Assembly: GCA_028023455.1 (NCBI GenBank)
Contig: JAQFVV010000004.1
Coordinates: forward strand, 25,730,001 to 25,794,000
Source: Epiperipatus broadwayi
Taxonomy: Eukaryota; Animalia; Onychophora
DNA: 64,000 bases
Direction: 5' to 3'
Part shown: one piece after another, positions 1-12,776 of the stretch
Layout of the letters: the number at the start of each line of letters is the position of its first letter
Numbering within the stretch: position 1 is the first letter of the stretch
The notes under the pieces: model-generated
What the model saw: the letters and a program-made list of their open reading frames with translations, nothing else
Databases searched by the model: none
Told to the model about the DNA's origin: nothing
Program-made: the position numbers and the translations under genes

Positions 1-1249
1 TTAACCAATTTTACATACTAAATAATGTTTTAAGTTTATACTTTTTAATGTTCATATAAAATAAATAAATGAATCAAATCATTATCTGAAGACAAGCTTC
101 TTGTTTTCTTTCGAAACATTAGTAATTATGTCCCCAAGAAAAATATATGACATAACAAGGAATGATCCATGAGTATTCGTTCAAATGTTTGTGACAATCA
201 ATTATTCAGATTCCAAGCTTTAAACTTATATTTTTGTGAAAACTCACTAGGGGGCTAAATACTACTATAATCAATCTCATTTTATTTGCTTTTGCATACA
301 CCAATGAAAAAACATTAGAAACGATTTCCTTCTTAAAATATAAGGTCAAGCAGAATTTTTAAAAATATTGTCATATTAGTGGCTTTTCTTTAAAATGCAA
401 AATAAAGCAATATTTCTAAATAAAGCAATGTTTTTGTCATTTTATTATGATAATTTATTCAGTAATATGAAATTAATTATAAATGTACTTTTTTTAAAAA
501 AAAAATTAGATTCTATTACTAAAAAAAAAAAAAAGAGAGAAGGTAATCCATTCTTCTAAATAAATGCATATTGTAAACGAACTTAAAATTATATAATTTG
601 ATATAGTTTTATATGTATATCACAAATAAAAAGCTAAGTTTATGTTGTCCTCATCTCATAATGTATCCAGGAAGCTGAAATTTACTTAAGACTTATAAAT
701 GAATCTCAATATATATCTTAAATAATTTTTAAAATCAAAATTGGACACTTTTATTGTCTGAAGAATCTTTACAATTAAAAACAAAAGATTTTAATTTTTT
801 TTTTTAAATAATTTTATTATTTACATTTTAGAAGATATAAATATTAACAACTAAAATTTAATTCTGTTATCACTATTTGTTTTCTGAAAATATGTGTATA
901 TATATATAATGAAAGCTACTACTTGTGGGAAATCAAAATATGTACCAGATAAAAGAACATGTTCTTTCTTTTATTTAATATGCAGATAAAACTCTTACCA
1001 AGTAAGAAGAATTATAATTTAATTCATTTTTCTCTGATAAACAAACAAACAAACAAAGTTTACAAGGAAACACACATTTATAAGTAATTGTTTATAATAT
1101 ATATTATAACAATAATTAATGTTCAAAAAATCCCAAATACCTTATCAGCCAGTAATAGAAAAAAATAACTGCAACAACTTTTAGCCTGGATAGTTATCAA
1201 CTGCAGAATGTGAGCCAATTTAAATATTTTGATATTAAATAGAATAATG

Positions 1250-1578
1250 GACATATATAAATGTAATATATCCACTCTATTTTGAACACATTTTAGAAAA
1301 AACCTTTTATTGTACATATATGCATACACAATCTTATGTTTCAACTGTCCTGCAGTCTTCTTCAGAGCATTTTAACTTTAATTTTTATGTTTCAACTGTC
1401 CTGCAATCTTTTTCAGAGCCACTTTTATTTTAATTTTTTAAAACTTAAAAGTAAAAGTGGCTCTGAAGAAGACTGCAGGACAATTAAAATGTAAGATTGT
1501 GTATGCATATATGTACAATAAAAGGTTTTTTCTAAAAAGTGTTCAAAATAGAATAGATATATTGCATTTATATAAGTC
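1250..1578. mobile_element. Foldback (tail-to-tail) PLE pLTR-like element with minimal hammerhead-like motifs (family D)
   Basis: Arms of about 120 bp are reverse complements (1250-1370 vs 1460-1578). The minus strand reads GCT-CTGAAGA-A-GACTG-CAGGA-CAGTT-GAAAC-ATAAG twice (about 1337-1370 and 1387-1420, an internal duplication) and the plus strand carries a degenerate copy at about 1460-1495. A second copy of the family is at 21121-21445. Confidence 0.7.
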
Positions 1579-1701
1579 AACCTAGTGTGACTATACATAA
1601 TGTATGGAAACCACTAATCAACTCTGCTCTTAGGAAAAATTGGAGAAATCAGGAAGAACCTCATAGATAAATATATGAAATTTCTACTGACTGTTGCCTA
1701 T

Positions 1702-1915
1702 GGCAGGATGATTCAGTTGGTTAGAGCGATACCTTAAAATTCATACTCAATAATCCAAGGATCCAAGTTCAAATCCCATGCTAGTACTGTCACTGGTCAG
1801 GCCAGCAACACCTAAAGAAGAGGAGATAATAATACCTCTCAAAACATTGTGCATATACTAACCTGTTTGATGTGCTATTACTAACAGTTGAATGTATTTG
1901 GAATATTTAAATAAA
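1702..1915 (+). mobile_element. tRNA-derived SINE
   Basis: GGCAGGATGATTCAGTTGGTTAGAGCG (A-box-like) at 1702 and AGTTCAAATCC (B-box-like) at 1766-1776, followed by a non-tRNA body and an A/T-rich end. It does not fold into a clean cloverleaf. Confidence 0.6.
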
Positions 1916-2997
1916 GTTAATTTTTTCTAAAGATATTCATATTAGATGATGGAAATAGTCCAATATAAAAATACAACAAAATATTTCCCTTTATTTCTTC
2001 TTTTTTATATATTAAATTTATTACAATTTTTAAGTTCAAGGTGAATCAATTTGTTTAAGATCCAAACAGTGTTTTTCTTTCACCAAAAAAAAATCTTAAC
2101 AAGGGTTATAAAGATATAAATTAAAATTATTTACTGCTACAATAAAAAAAAGTTAAAAGATAATTAATATGTATGTTTCCCAGATAAAGGATTTTCAACA
2201 AATAAAAGTCCACCTCTCAAGTATGTGTGACTAATTTACTTCTAACAAATATAAACTCTTAAGATACTAACTTAAAATAATGAATTATACTTTAAACTGA
2301 CTAAAGGAAAGATATCATTAATATATGAGTACACATTTACTCACAACATATGATAAGAAGTATTTATCATCTCTTATATAAATAAAATATATTTGCATGT
2401 TATCACACACTTACTCAAAATATACAATAGGCATTTACCATCACTTATATGAAAGAAAATAAGTAAATAAATATACTTGCATTTTACTATGTTAGGCATA
2501 AAAAATGTAAAGCCACTATCTAAGATATGCACATAAAACTTAAGTCTACTAATCTTTCATTTCAACTCTACATTTACAAAGACAGAGTAAGCATCAAAAT
2601 GTAACAAAATCCATTTCATCATTGAACCAATGCATTTAGAAGACTTAAAATCAATAATAAAATTATATTTTACTGGTCTAGATAACTCCTAATAAATGGC
2701 AAATTTATAAGCATACTAAGTTAAATCTATTTGCAAACTTATATGTTATATTCATATAAAAAAAACAACTTAAATTTATCTCTATTTTTTTATTTTCTTC
2801 AGAGTGCTAAAAAAATATAAACAACAATTTATAATTAAAATGTCAATAATAATGTTTTAATTCCCCCCTTTATCCTTCTATGCTTATAAAGTCCTACATT
2901 TAACATATATATAGTCTGATTTTTTTTTCAGTTGATTTTCTGGTAATATTATTAATGAATTAGAAGGGACAAGATGAATATTACAAAAGAAAGTTTT

Positions 2998-3132
2998 CCC
3001 TATCTAGTGCCTACTCATTCAATTGATTATTCTGGTTAGCACACGATGGCACTGCTATATGGAGAGTTTTTGCCTGTTTACTAACAGTTATGTGCTAGTA
3101 TGAGATGGTGATCATGTGATGTTTAGTGGTTT
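2998..3132. mobile_element. Short inverted fragment of HHR family A (lacks ribozyme core)
   Basis: A minus-oriented piece (ccctatctagtgcctactcattcaat) is joined to a plus-oriented piece (attgattattctgg...gatcatgtgatgtttagtggttt) matching the 7533-8656 family. A perfect 13-bp TSD AAAAGAAAGTTTT lies at 2985-2997 and 3133-3145. Confidence 0.75.
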
Positions 3133-4134
3133 AAAAGAAAGTTTTATTAAAATTACTTTTTAAAAATTCTCAAAATAAACAATCTGTGGTCTGGGAAAAC
3201 TTGTTTAGGAGATAATTACAGCTGGGTGTAAAGAGTTGATAATTCTTAGAAATATTTATCATATGTTAATTGACATGGAGATATTTTTCCTTTGGATATT
3301 TGGAAATTTCAGTTCTTATGATGATTTATTTTAAAAGAGAGAGTTCTTTAGGTTTTTTTGTTAGACATACTTAATTTAATATTACTATGCCTTAATAGAA
3401 TTTTGGCAGGAAAGACTTGCAATGAAGGCTTTTGCAAACCCCGAATCTTTTTTTGTTTTTAGTCAATCATCTTGCCCTGTTGACTTCATCATTCCTTATT
3501 ATTTTAGAAGTATTTTATAACAAAATAAATCTGACTATTTTGAAAGTTTATTGAGAAGTAAAGTTTTGCTTTTAAGGGTAAATAATCTCTCTTCCATGAT
3601 ATCTCTCTCTATGTCCAAACTACCCTAGTTTCCCTTGTACACTTACTCTTAAAAATCATGCAATACTAAAATTTGATTGTCATGTTTAGAAATCCACACG
3701 CACATGTTCAGAAATCCATACACACACCTGTACTAGTTTTAAAACACCATTGTTTTTAAAAATACTAAATATAACAAAGTGAATATGAGAAATAAAATAC
3801 TTGTTTTTATTATCTCATGTGGGGGTTTAGTGCTAAAAATAGAAGCCTAAAAAAAAGATCAGTCAGTAGTACATCGATGGTATAGTAAGCCTGTAATGGA
3901 TTATTCAAAATTGCTTTAAAATTAATAATAATTAGTTAAAAGGCAATGATTCAATAATATTTTTTTAATATACACATAGATTATATACCTTACTTAGATT
4001 TAATAAATAAAGATTTTAAATAATACTTATGAAATTTATTAAAATAAATTTTAATAAAAGAATTTAATACATGTAATGGTGTTTTAATAGAAGCAAAAGA
4101 GCTTGGAATACATATAACTTTTTTTTTCCATATG

Positions 4135-4235
4135 TCATAGCATCGGCCAGGAGGCGAACCCACAACCGTCTGCAACTAACTACTTTCTTGCAAGGCCATT
4201 GCAATGACTTCTCGCTAACAATGCTTAACATACAT
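4135..4235 (-). mobile_element. Possible tRNA-derived SINE head
   Basis: The minus strand has a B-box-like GGTTCGCCTCC in a locally GC/CpG-richer stretch. The A box is unclear. Confidence 0.25.
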
Positions 4236-4399
4236 ATAACTATTTTAGTTTAAAAAGTTAATTTACTTGATTAGATTTGTAAATAACAAAATATGAATCT
4301 ACAAACGTGGTATGAAATAGTAATTAAAAGATAAAAAAAAAATTAGTAATCTATTATGTACTTTTAATTAAAATACAAATATGTTAACAAAAAATATAT

Positions 4400-6073
4400 A
4401 GAATTCTAGGAAAAAGATTACAAAAAAGGAGGGGCCATTTTCTTTAGCATTGTAATAGAAATAGATTATGGGTAAGGTTAGCAAATTTGGGAATGGATGA
4501 AGTTTTAGTAAATATTTAAGAAATTATATGAAAATAATTATTATACATACCAATTAGGGGATATAGAATCAGTCAAAGTTAAAAATGGGGTGAGATTAAG
4601 GCAAGGATGCCCTATGTCACCTATTTTATTTTTGTTGTATTTGAATGAAATGAAGAAAGCAATAGAAAGACTAGGAAGAGGGATAGAGATACCGTTAATA
4701 GGTGGCAAAGGAGTATATACTTGGTCAGGTCTTTTTTTTGTGGATGATATTTTTTTGTGTGCAGAAAGAAAAGATATGGAAGTTATGCTGATAACATGTG
4801 CAAGGATGGGTAAAGAGATGGGATTAAATTTAGTGAAGAAAAATCAAATATAATGATGGTTAATACTGGGGGAAAGAGAAGATATAGAATTCTTATTGGG
4901 AGATATAAAGTTAAGTATGGTGGATAGATATAGGTATTTGAAAATCATCTTATGTAATCAGGAAAATTGCTTGGATAAATGGAAGAAAAAATTGGTAAAT
5001 GAAGCAAAGAAAAGAAAGGGTTCGGTAAAGAAACTAACAGTATTTTCATATAATAAATATGATGTAGCTAGAATTGTATGGAAAAGAGTTGCAGTAGCAG
5101 GGTTAACATATGGTAATGATGCATTATGTGTTAGTAAAAGGGTTTTACATTATTTAGAGAAAGTACAAAGGGAAGTAGAAAGACATGCATTAGATGCAGA
5201 GATGTAGACAACAAAGGAGGCAATTCAAGAAGAAATGGGATGGTCAAATTTTTATATGAGAGATGCAAAAAGTAAAATGAAAATGTTTGGTAGGTTGCAG
5301 TTTATGGATAGTAAAAGAATAGCCAAAATAGTGTTTAATTCAGTTATGAGTAAAGGACAGGTAACAAGATGGGTGAGAAAGGTAATGCGGTATGCAAAAG
5401 ATTTGGATAAAGAATTTACATCAGTATATTTGTATAAAAGGTGGAATGATTGTGTTAGGAGGATTGTTGAGTGTTATAGTGGTAAGGAATGGGATAAAAG
5501 AATAGAAGCATTAATAAAAAATAGGGAGTTGGAGAGATGGAGAACTAGTATGGAGGGTAAGAAGAGTTTAAATATATATAGAAGTAAACGAAACATTGGA
5601 TGCAAGTTAATTTATAATAATAGTAAGGAAAGTAGTTTATTGTTGAAGACTCTAACGGGATTTTTAGCAACAAGAGAATATACATGTAAATGGAAAACTA
5701 TGGGTGATTTAGTGTGCAAATTGTGTAAGGAAGGTATAGAAAATATTAGGCATCTGTTGATTGAATGTAAATGCTTGAAAGCAGAAAGGGTACAGATAAT
5801 AAAGTTATGGGAGAATAGATATGAACAAAGTGATTATACAGAAAGTGAGTTATTGGTTTTTATGCTGGGTTTGTGGAAAGATAAGGGGGATTTAGATATA
5901 AAGGCCATATAGTTGACAAAGATTATGTTGTGGAAATGGGATGGGGCAGAATATGGGAAGACTTAGAGTGGGGAACGGAAAATAAAGTGGCTAACAAGTT
6001 TATCTGGGCATAATTGCTGAGATATTCTTGACTTCGTTTAAGGAGAAGCCAAAATACATCACATCACATCACA
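4400..6073 (+). mobile_element. 5'-truncated decayed LINE (RT plus C-terminal CCHC-type finger), RTE-like, clade not determined
   Basis: Collinear ORF pieces: LRQGCPMSPILFLLYL and FFVDDIFL (RT motifs), YRYLKI, AGLTYGNDAL, MGWSNF...GRLQFM, and CKLCKEGIENIRHLLIEC (zinc finger). It ends in a tandem (ACATC)n tail at about 6054-6073 and is broken by stops and frameshifts. Confidence 0.9.
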
Positions 6074-7532
6074 TTGGAGGATTTTAAAAAAAGAAACCAA
6101 TCTAACTTTAACTAGTGAAAAAAAGCAGGAGAATTTAAAAGACTGCTCATGGATACATAATACTAAATTCAGGGACTATTTTAACTGTCATTGAGATATA
6201 GATTGTTGTTTGGAAAGAAATGATTTGTTAAATGTAAATCCTTACCAAAAATAGAAACTATTGATTTATGGATTACTAATTTATTGACTGAGCTACAAAG
6301 AAATGCATTTGTGAAAAGCTACTTATGCATCAGGTCTGCCAAAAGTTATGCAAATATCTCTTGGGAATGCTTTGAACTTCTTTTGTAAAATGTCATAACA
6401 GCTGGATTAAATAGTCATGTGTGCCATGAGGAATGTATGTCTCTCATACTGATTGCTTAAAAAAATAATGGAAACCAAGAATCACTTGCCAGCTAAATAA
6501 TTATAAAATTAAAAATAAATAAATACTACTGAATATTTTTCAAGGAAAGTATAAATATAAAAACTACCTAAAGATATACATATACCATGGTAACACTTTT
6601 TTTTTTAAATTTATAAAAAGGCTTTATTTTAACAAGTTCAAAATGATTGTAATTTATTTAGACTTTTGTTACATTAGCAATTAAGAGATATTAATTTATG
6701 AATTTTTTATGATATATATGTACACTTGTGTGTGTGTGAGAGTTAATTATATCTTATATATAAATTATTATAGTAAAAAACTCAAGATGTCAGTGCCATT
6801 TTATATCATATTTTATTTCAGATGTTCACACTAGCCCTTAACATTTCTTATTTATAAAAATAAAAAAAAATGAGATATTGCTTAACCACTGAGAAAATGG
6901 CAAATATTGTCGGAAATTGGGAAAATATAGGAGTTGAAATTGGTTTATTCTGCATTTTTTTCTTTTCACATGAAAAGGTGGTACTCAGATAAAACCAGTA
7001 AATGAATGCTTTTCAATTAAAACAAATTACTTCTGAATAGTAAAATTTAATTTAAATCCCTAGTATTGATTTTGAACATGTGATTGGGAAATATAATCCA
7101 TGTTAGGTTCAATAATTTCCATCATTATCTACTTTCTATACAATTTTGTGAAAGTTATACTACTTAAATATAATTAAAAGTAATCTCTTCAGGTTACTGG
7201 TACAATATATATAAATAATGTGTTTTTTTATTATTATTAAAGTATGAGTTTAACCTAAAAATAGTTCATTTATATCATATAACCATGAAAACATTAAACA
7301 ATGTATATATATTCTATAAAAGTGAGTGGGAAATTAGTAATTATTATGGCATTACTATTTAGAAATTGTTCATTAAGTAAAACAAAAGATAAAGTCTTTT
7401 AAATAGTTCATTCTTGAGCAAATATTTTTTGAACAGCCCTGCATTTAGTAACTGAAACAACAATAAAAATGGGGTTACTCATTATTCTTGACAACTATTG
7501 AATGGTAAAAGTTTTTCAGGATTTCCATTCTT

Positions 7533-8656
7533 AAGCCAATAAACACCACATGATCACCATTTCTTATGCTTGCTTATAACTGTTATTAAAACAGAAAAAA
7601 CTCTCCATACAATATTGCCACTCAGTGCAAGCCAGAGTAAACAAAAGATACTAGAAGGATTATGGATAAAATCATCTAGTGCCTACTCATCCAATATCCG
7701 CAGACTAGTTTCTGGCTTGTGGCTTTTGTCAGTGAGGAGCCTTGGATCTGAGAGCTCTGCAGCTTGATATTAGGATCTAATGCAACCCTCCAGCATCCAC
7801 CTTTTATCTCTACTTAACTATAAAACTATGAGTCTTTAAAACAATAATATTTTTGATCTGAGCTCATCAGCTTATATAGTCATATAGGTCTGAACTCAGT
7901 TCATTACCTATACATTTTGGTGTCTTTGGTTCTTTAATAACCATAGTCACCACTATCCTATTGAGGAGGATTGGTTTTAAGCCAATAAACATCACATGAT
8001 CACTATTTCTTATGCTTTCTTATAACTATTATTAAAACAGGCAAAATTCTCTATACAGCTTTGTCACTCAGTGCATGCCAGAAACTAGCCTGGGAATATT
8101 GGATGAGTAGGTGCTAGATGGGGATTTTATGCAAAAGCATTCTGGCATTCATTGATTACCCTGGCTTGCGCCAAGTGGCAATACTGTATGGAGAGTTTTG
8201 CTTGTTTAATAACAGTTATAAGCAAGCATAAGAAATATTAATCATGTCATGTTTATTGGTTAAAACAATCCTGCATAATAGGTTAGTGGTGGCTATGGTT
8301 ATTAAAAAACCAAAGACATCAAAATGTATAGGTATTGAATTAAGTTCAGACTTATATGACTTTATAAGCTAATGAGCTTGGATTGAAAATATTATTGTGT
8401 TTTCAATTGAAGACCCATAGTTTTGTAGTTAAGTAGAGATAAAAGGTAGCTGCTGGAGGGTTGCATTAGATCCTAAGATCTAGGTGCAGTGGTCTCAGAT
8501 CCAAGGCTCCTCACTGATGAAGACCACAAACCAGAAACTAGTCTGAGGATATTGGATGAGTAGGCACTAGATGGGGATTTTATGCTCAAGTCTTCTGGCA
8601 TCCATTGATTACTCTGGCTTGCACTAAGTGGCAATACTATATGGAGAGTTTTGCTT
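7533..8656. mobile_element. HHR family A composite insertion: inverted arm plus tandem monomers of about 453 nt
   Basis: The minus arm (7533-8080) and plus arm (8077-8656) belong to the same repeat. GAAACTAG recurs at 8081 and 8534 (period 453), and the same head-to-tail monomer junction appears in both arms (about 7960 and 8275). A perfect 13-bp TSD GATTTCCATTCTT lies at 7520-7532 and 8657-8669. Confidence 0.88.
8498..8558 (+). ncRNA. Type I hammerhead ribozyme motif (family A, stem II weakened)
   Basis: ATCCAA-GGC-TCCTCA-CTGATGA-AGACCACAAACCA-GAAA-CTA-GTC^TGAGGA-TA-TTGGAT. Core nucleotides are intact and stem I pairs perfectly, but stem II is mutated. Confidence 0.7.
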
Positions 8657-11600
8657 GATTTCCATTCTTGTTATACCATCAAGAAAAAAAGTGTTAAATG
8701 AATTTACTTATCAAATGAAATGGTTGTTACAGTTGCTATCTATTTAATAAAAAAAATTGTATGACTTTTTTGGAAACTGAAACAATATTTAGTTATCAGC
8801 TTTGACTTAAACTATGTTTTATGGATATGGTAGGCATATTTGGTAATTACTATGTAATAGGCCATTCTTATATATATTGTACCAGACAATTACTTCCCTG
8901 CGGAATTCTGCTCCTAATCTTGCACTGAGCATGAAGTGATCAAGATTTAACAGGGAAAGAAATGGATACCAATTTAGCCATTTGTCTGTACTCATAACAT
9001 ATTAGTACCTTCAGCTAAACTGATAGAGGGAATTGACAGGACTCTGCCAATTACAAAAAAAAATTATTTTAGTAATTTTCTTGAATGCCTGAATGTTTAG
9101 GACCTATGGTAAATACACATCTTTGAAAAGTCTATTTACTAATAGCTTTTGCATGCCACTCCTAGAAAAGAATAAAAATGAACCCCCCTAGAAGGATATG
9201 TAATACCATATGTACTGCAGAGCATGAGAATGATTTAACACCCCAGTAGACCGATATCCCATGTGGCTAGTTCAGTACACTCTACATCTAGGGTCTTCAA
9301 TGGGTAAGTTAAATTGTTATTACAGGTATGTGATTTATAAGAAAAGAGTACATTTTATTAAATAAAAATAATATAAAACCCAACAAATTTGTTATCATGA
9401 TTAAATATTTATTCAAATCCAGGTATCCACTGCCGTATTATACTTATAATGATATAATAAACAAAATAAATAGAAATTATTGTCACAAATTTATATATAT
9501 TTGATGTGTTGAAAATAGATAAAATAAATGCAATCTTATATAAATAAGAATAACAATAAACTCCTAAAGCTATTTACAATCGTTTCTAATAAATGGAAGT
9601 GGTCTGAGCTTTTTTTACACCATATAAATAAGTTTTATACTTTATGTGATTTGAAATACAATTCTCAGATAGAAAATTTTCGTGTATAGAGGCATATGCT
9701 TCTACTCCGGACATTAAAACCTGTTTTACTTAAGTAAATATAAAAAAAAAAACTAGGTGTAAATATATTTGCAATATAAAATATTTCATTACATAACTAA
9801 TAGTAGCTTTCGTATTTTATAGGATATCAATAAAGTTGCATTGACTCAGATAACTCAACATGAGGTGCTGTATCTATTTGCCTTTCATGATAGATAAATT
9901 CTTATACATATATATACATGCAGCACAATTATATACTCACCAATATTCTAAATATAAAGTTATTAGTGGACTTTCTTATGGGAAATTTACAATGAATAAA
10001 CCCTTTTGACACTCATCATAAGGTGTCACAGTGACAAAAAATAACTTAAAGATATACGGATAAATACATTTTTAGACACTCAACATGAGATGGCATATTT
10101 ACCAAATATTACAAGTGTATGTGCACATATATACACATGTATATTTACGTATGACAATTTTTAGGAGTAACAACAAGAAGAAAAACAAACAAAAAAAAAC
10201 TAATTGCAACCTTTACTGGAAATATTGGAATTTGCGATGGAAAAATGAATCAAGAGATTTAAGCAGAAGCTATATCATTATACCTGTAATAACCATAAAA
10301 TCTAATATATATATATATGCGAGAAACAACTCTCTCTTTCTTTTGTTTAAATGATTAATAAGAAAAAAAAAGAAAAAACAAAAAATAATAATATATTTCT
10401 ATCGGAAGTATCAGAATTAATTAATTGACTATTAATAAAATATTTTTAAGATAAACTTATGTAAACGTCTTCATCTTCCCCTGACTGGGCTTCTGCATGG
10501 GCTTCAAGTCAACTGTCTGTGCAGTGAGGATTTCATATCGTTAAGGCATAGGCAAGGTGGCTTTTGTCATCATCGTGGCCAACTGGAACTGATATGATCA
10601 CATCTTGGTGATTTGGGAAGAGCAGGGGCAGGTTCCCAGCTGGTTGTCTACCCCATGGTCATTTTACTGGAATTTCTGGTAATTTCTCATATTTTCTTTC
10701 TGATATAATGCAATAATTATTATTAAATTTTCATCCACTATCTTGAATGGTTAATTGAATCCACAAGAAAACAAGGATTCTTAAAAGAACTGTGCAAAGG
10801 ATTTTTTCTTAGATAATATAAGCAATAGTCTAGTCTGTAAATGAATCTCTAAGTGGCTAGATGATTTGAGAATTCCAGAGCCAAAGTAGTGAATGATTTA
10901 GATGGAATGAATGCCAAAGAAAGAATAAATCCCACAGTAATGGCTAAAAACCTATCAATCCCACTCATACAGAACCAATTCAGGTACCCCCTTGAAAAGT
11001 ATGAATCAGCCAAACCTTTTTTTTAGTTATCATTTAGATTATAAACATTCCTTTCTATTTTTCCGATTAAATTCTACAAATTAGGGTTTGATATAATTTG
11101 TTTCTATCTTGACTACTCAGACTACTTGATTACCGATGTCAATTTAAAATAATTTTTATTTTATCTAAAAAAAAAATAATATTTTAATTACAACATTTAT
11201 TCTTAAACATTTTGCTTTTGGTTAGATTTTTACCAAAGAAATTAACTTTCTTTGATTAAAACAAAATTACAGTTTTTAGAAAAGTAATTAAACAAATTAA
11301 AGGAAAAAAACATATACAAGTATGGTGGAACAATTACTTTAATTATTTATTTTACAAATAAGTTCCAACATACACGTGATCCATTTGATCAATAAAGTTT
11401 GCTTTTCTAGATTTAAGTTTTTCAGAGAAAAGCAAAATACATAACTATAAAATGACATCTAATGAAAATGTACAAAAAATAAAAATAAAAAAAAATACAT
11501 GAGTTTATTATACGTGTACCTGTGTACAATATTTCTGTGTCAATTGAATGCTTATTTTAAATTGGTGTGTGTGGGTATTCTAATTCTCAGATCCAACTTC

Positions 11601-11734
11601 CATTATTACTGTAGCACATTTATATATTCGTTGTGCTTAATATATACAAATTTATATATACAAATTTGCATGTTGACCTGCTGTAATGCTCTTTACAGCA
11701 GATTTTGTGCATGGCCATTTGATAATCCCTGAAA

Positions 11735-12115
11735 TATATATATATATCACTTTCAATCATTACCAATTCACTGCATGATGAAAGTCTCTCCAATTTAATT
11801 CAGGTTTTCCAATCTTTAGCCCTCTTCTCCACATCACACCAGCAAACTTTCTTATTTCATCAATCCATCTTATATGCGGTCTCCTTCTATGCCTTTTACA
11901 TTCTCTTGGAATCCATTTTAAGACTTAAACTGTCTATTGATTATTATCTCTTCTAGTCATATATCTAGTCCAACTTCAGTCAGTCTTTTAATTTTTTTTA
12001 ATGATGTCAGAGATATCTATTTGGTCTCTCACCCATGCATTTCAGTTTTTATTCCTTCTTGTTACTCCTAACATACATTTTCCATACTTCATTTGGAGGT
12101 ATAAAATCTCTGTAT
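11735..12115 (-). mobile_element. RTE-clade LINE 3' fragment
   Basis: The minus-strand translation resembles the RTE C-terminus (MLGVTRR..., WIPRECKR.RRRP.IRWIDEIRKFAGVMWRRRAKDW, GETFIMQ*), followed by a (TA)n tail. It is the same family as 40470-40740. Confidence 0.8.
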
Positions 12116-12776
12116 TGTTTCTGCAAAGTGTACAAGATTAGTTCCATAAATAAAAACTGATTAAACACATTAATTAAAATCCTTTCTTTTACAATATACA
12201 TGCATATTTTTAAATTATTTTTACAAAAAGCATTCCTTACAAGTAACTAACTATATTAACAATCTAACTAAGGCACCTGAAAGTGTAAACATTTTTTAAT
12301 CTATCAATTTTAATTTCCTTCTAAAAAAATTCCATTGAACATTAGACTTTTTAATATTATATTTTTTAGCTCTACTTTTTTATTTCATTTGATATCTCTT
12401 GCAATATTTCACAATGACATGAAGCATTATTTGTAAAAATAACCATATCAATTTCAAAATCAAGATAAACTTAAATAATTTCCACTGACTATTAGCTTAC
12501 TATTTTAATTCACATAATACTCTTGTAAAACAGCTATACAAAAGTTTTGGAAATATGGAAACACTCTATTTTAATACTTCTCAGTGTTACTCTTTTTATC
12601 ACCATATTGTCTAATATTTGTTATTGCATTTTGATAAATATTCTTCAGAATATGATTATTCTGAGTCGAGTTGATTAAATACTTTAATTATTAGAAAAAT
12701 GTTTATTGAATCAGTGCCTTTTCATAATCTACAAATCTAAACCAGAATGGCAACTCATATTTATTAGTTTTTTTTT

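Noticed and set aside
1702-1790. Functional tRNA gene
   Set aside because: A and B boxes are present, but the spacing and stems do not give a cloverleaf and it continues into a SINE-like body.
7520-8669. CRISPR array or ordinary satellite
   Set aside because: The context is eukaryotic, there are no short repeat-spacer units, and the composite is a discrete insertion with a TSD.
9230-9312. Exon ending at the GTAAGT donor near 9304
   Set aside because: All three frames after the nearest acceptor contain stops and there is no partner exon. A non-coding exon cannot be excluded without RNA data.
10465-10690. GC-richer block as an exon or named element
   Set aside because: Stops occur in all long frames, and it has no recognisable motif or second copy in the window.
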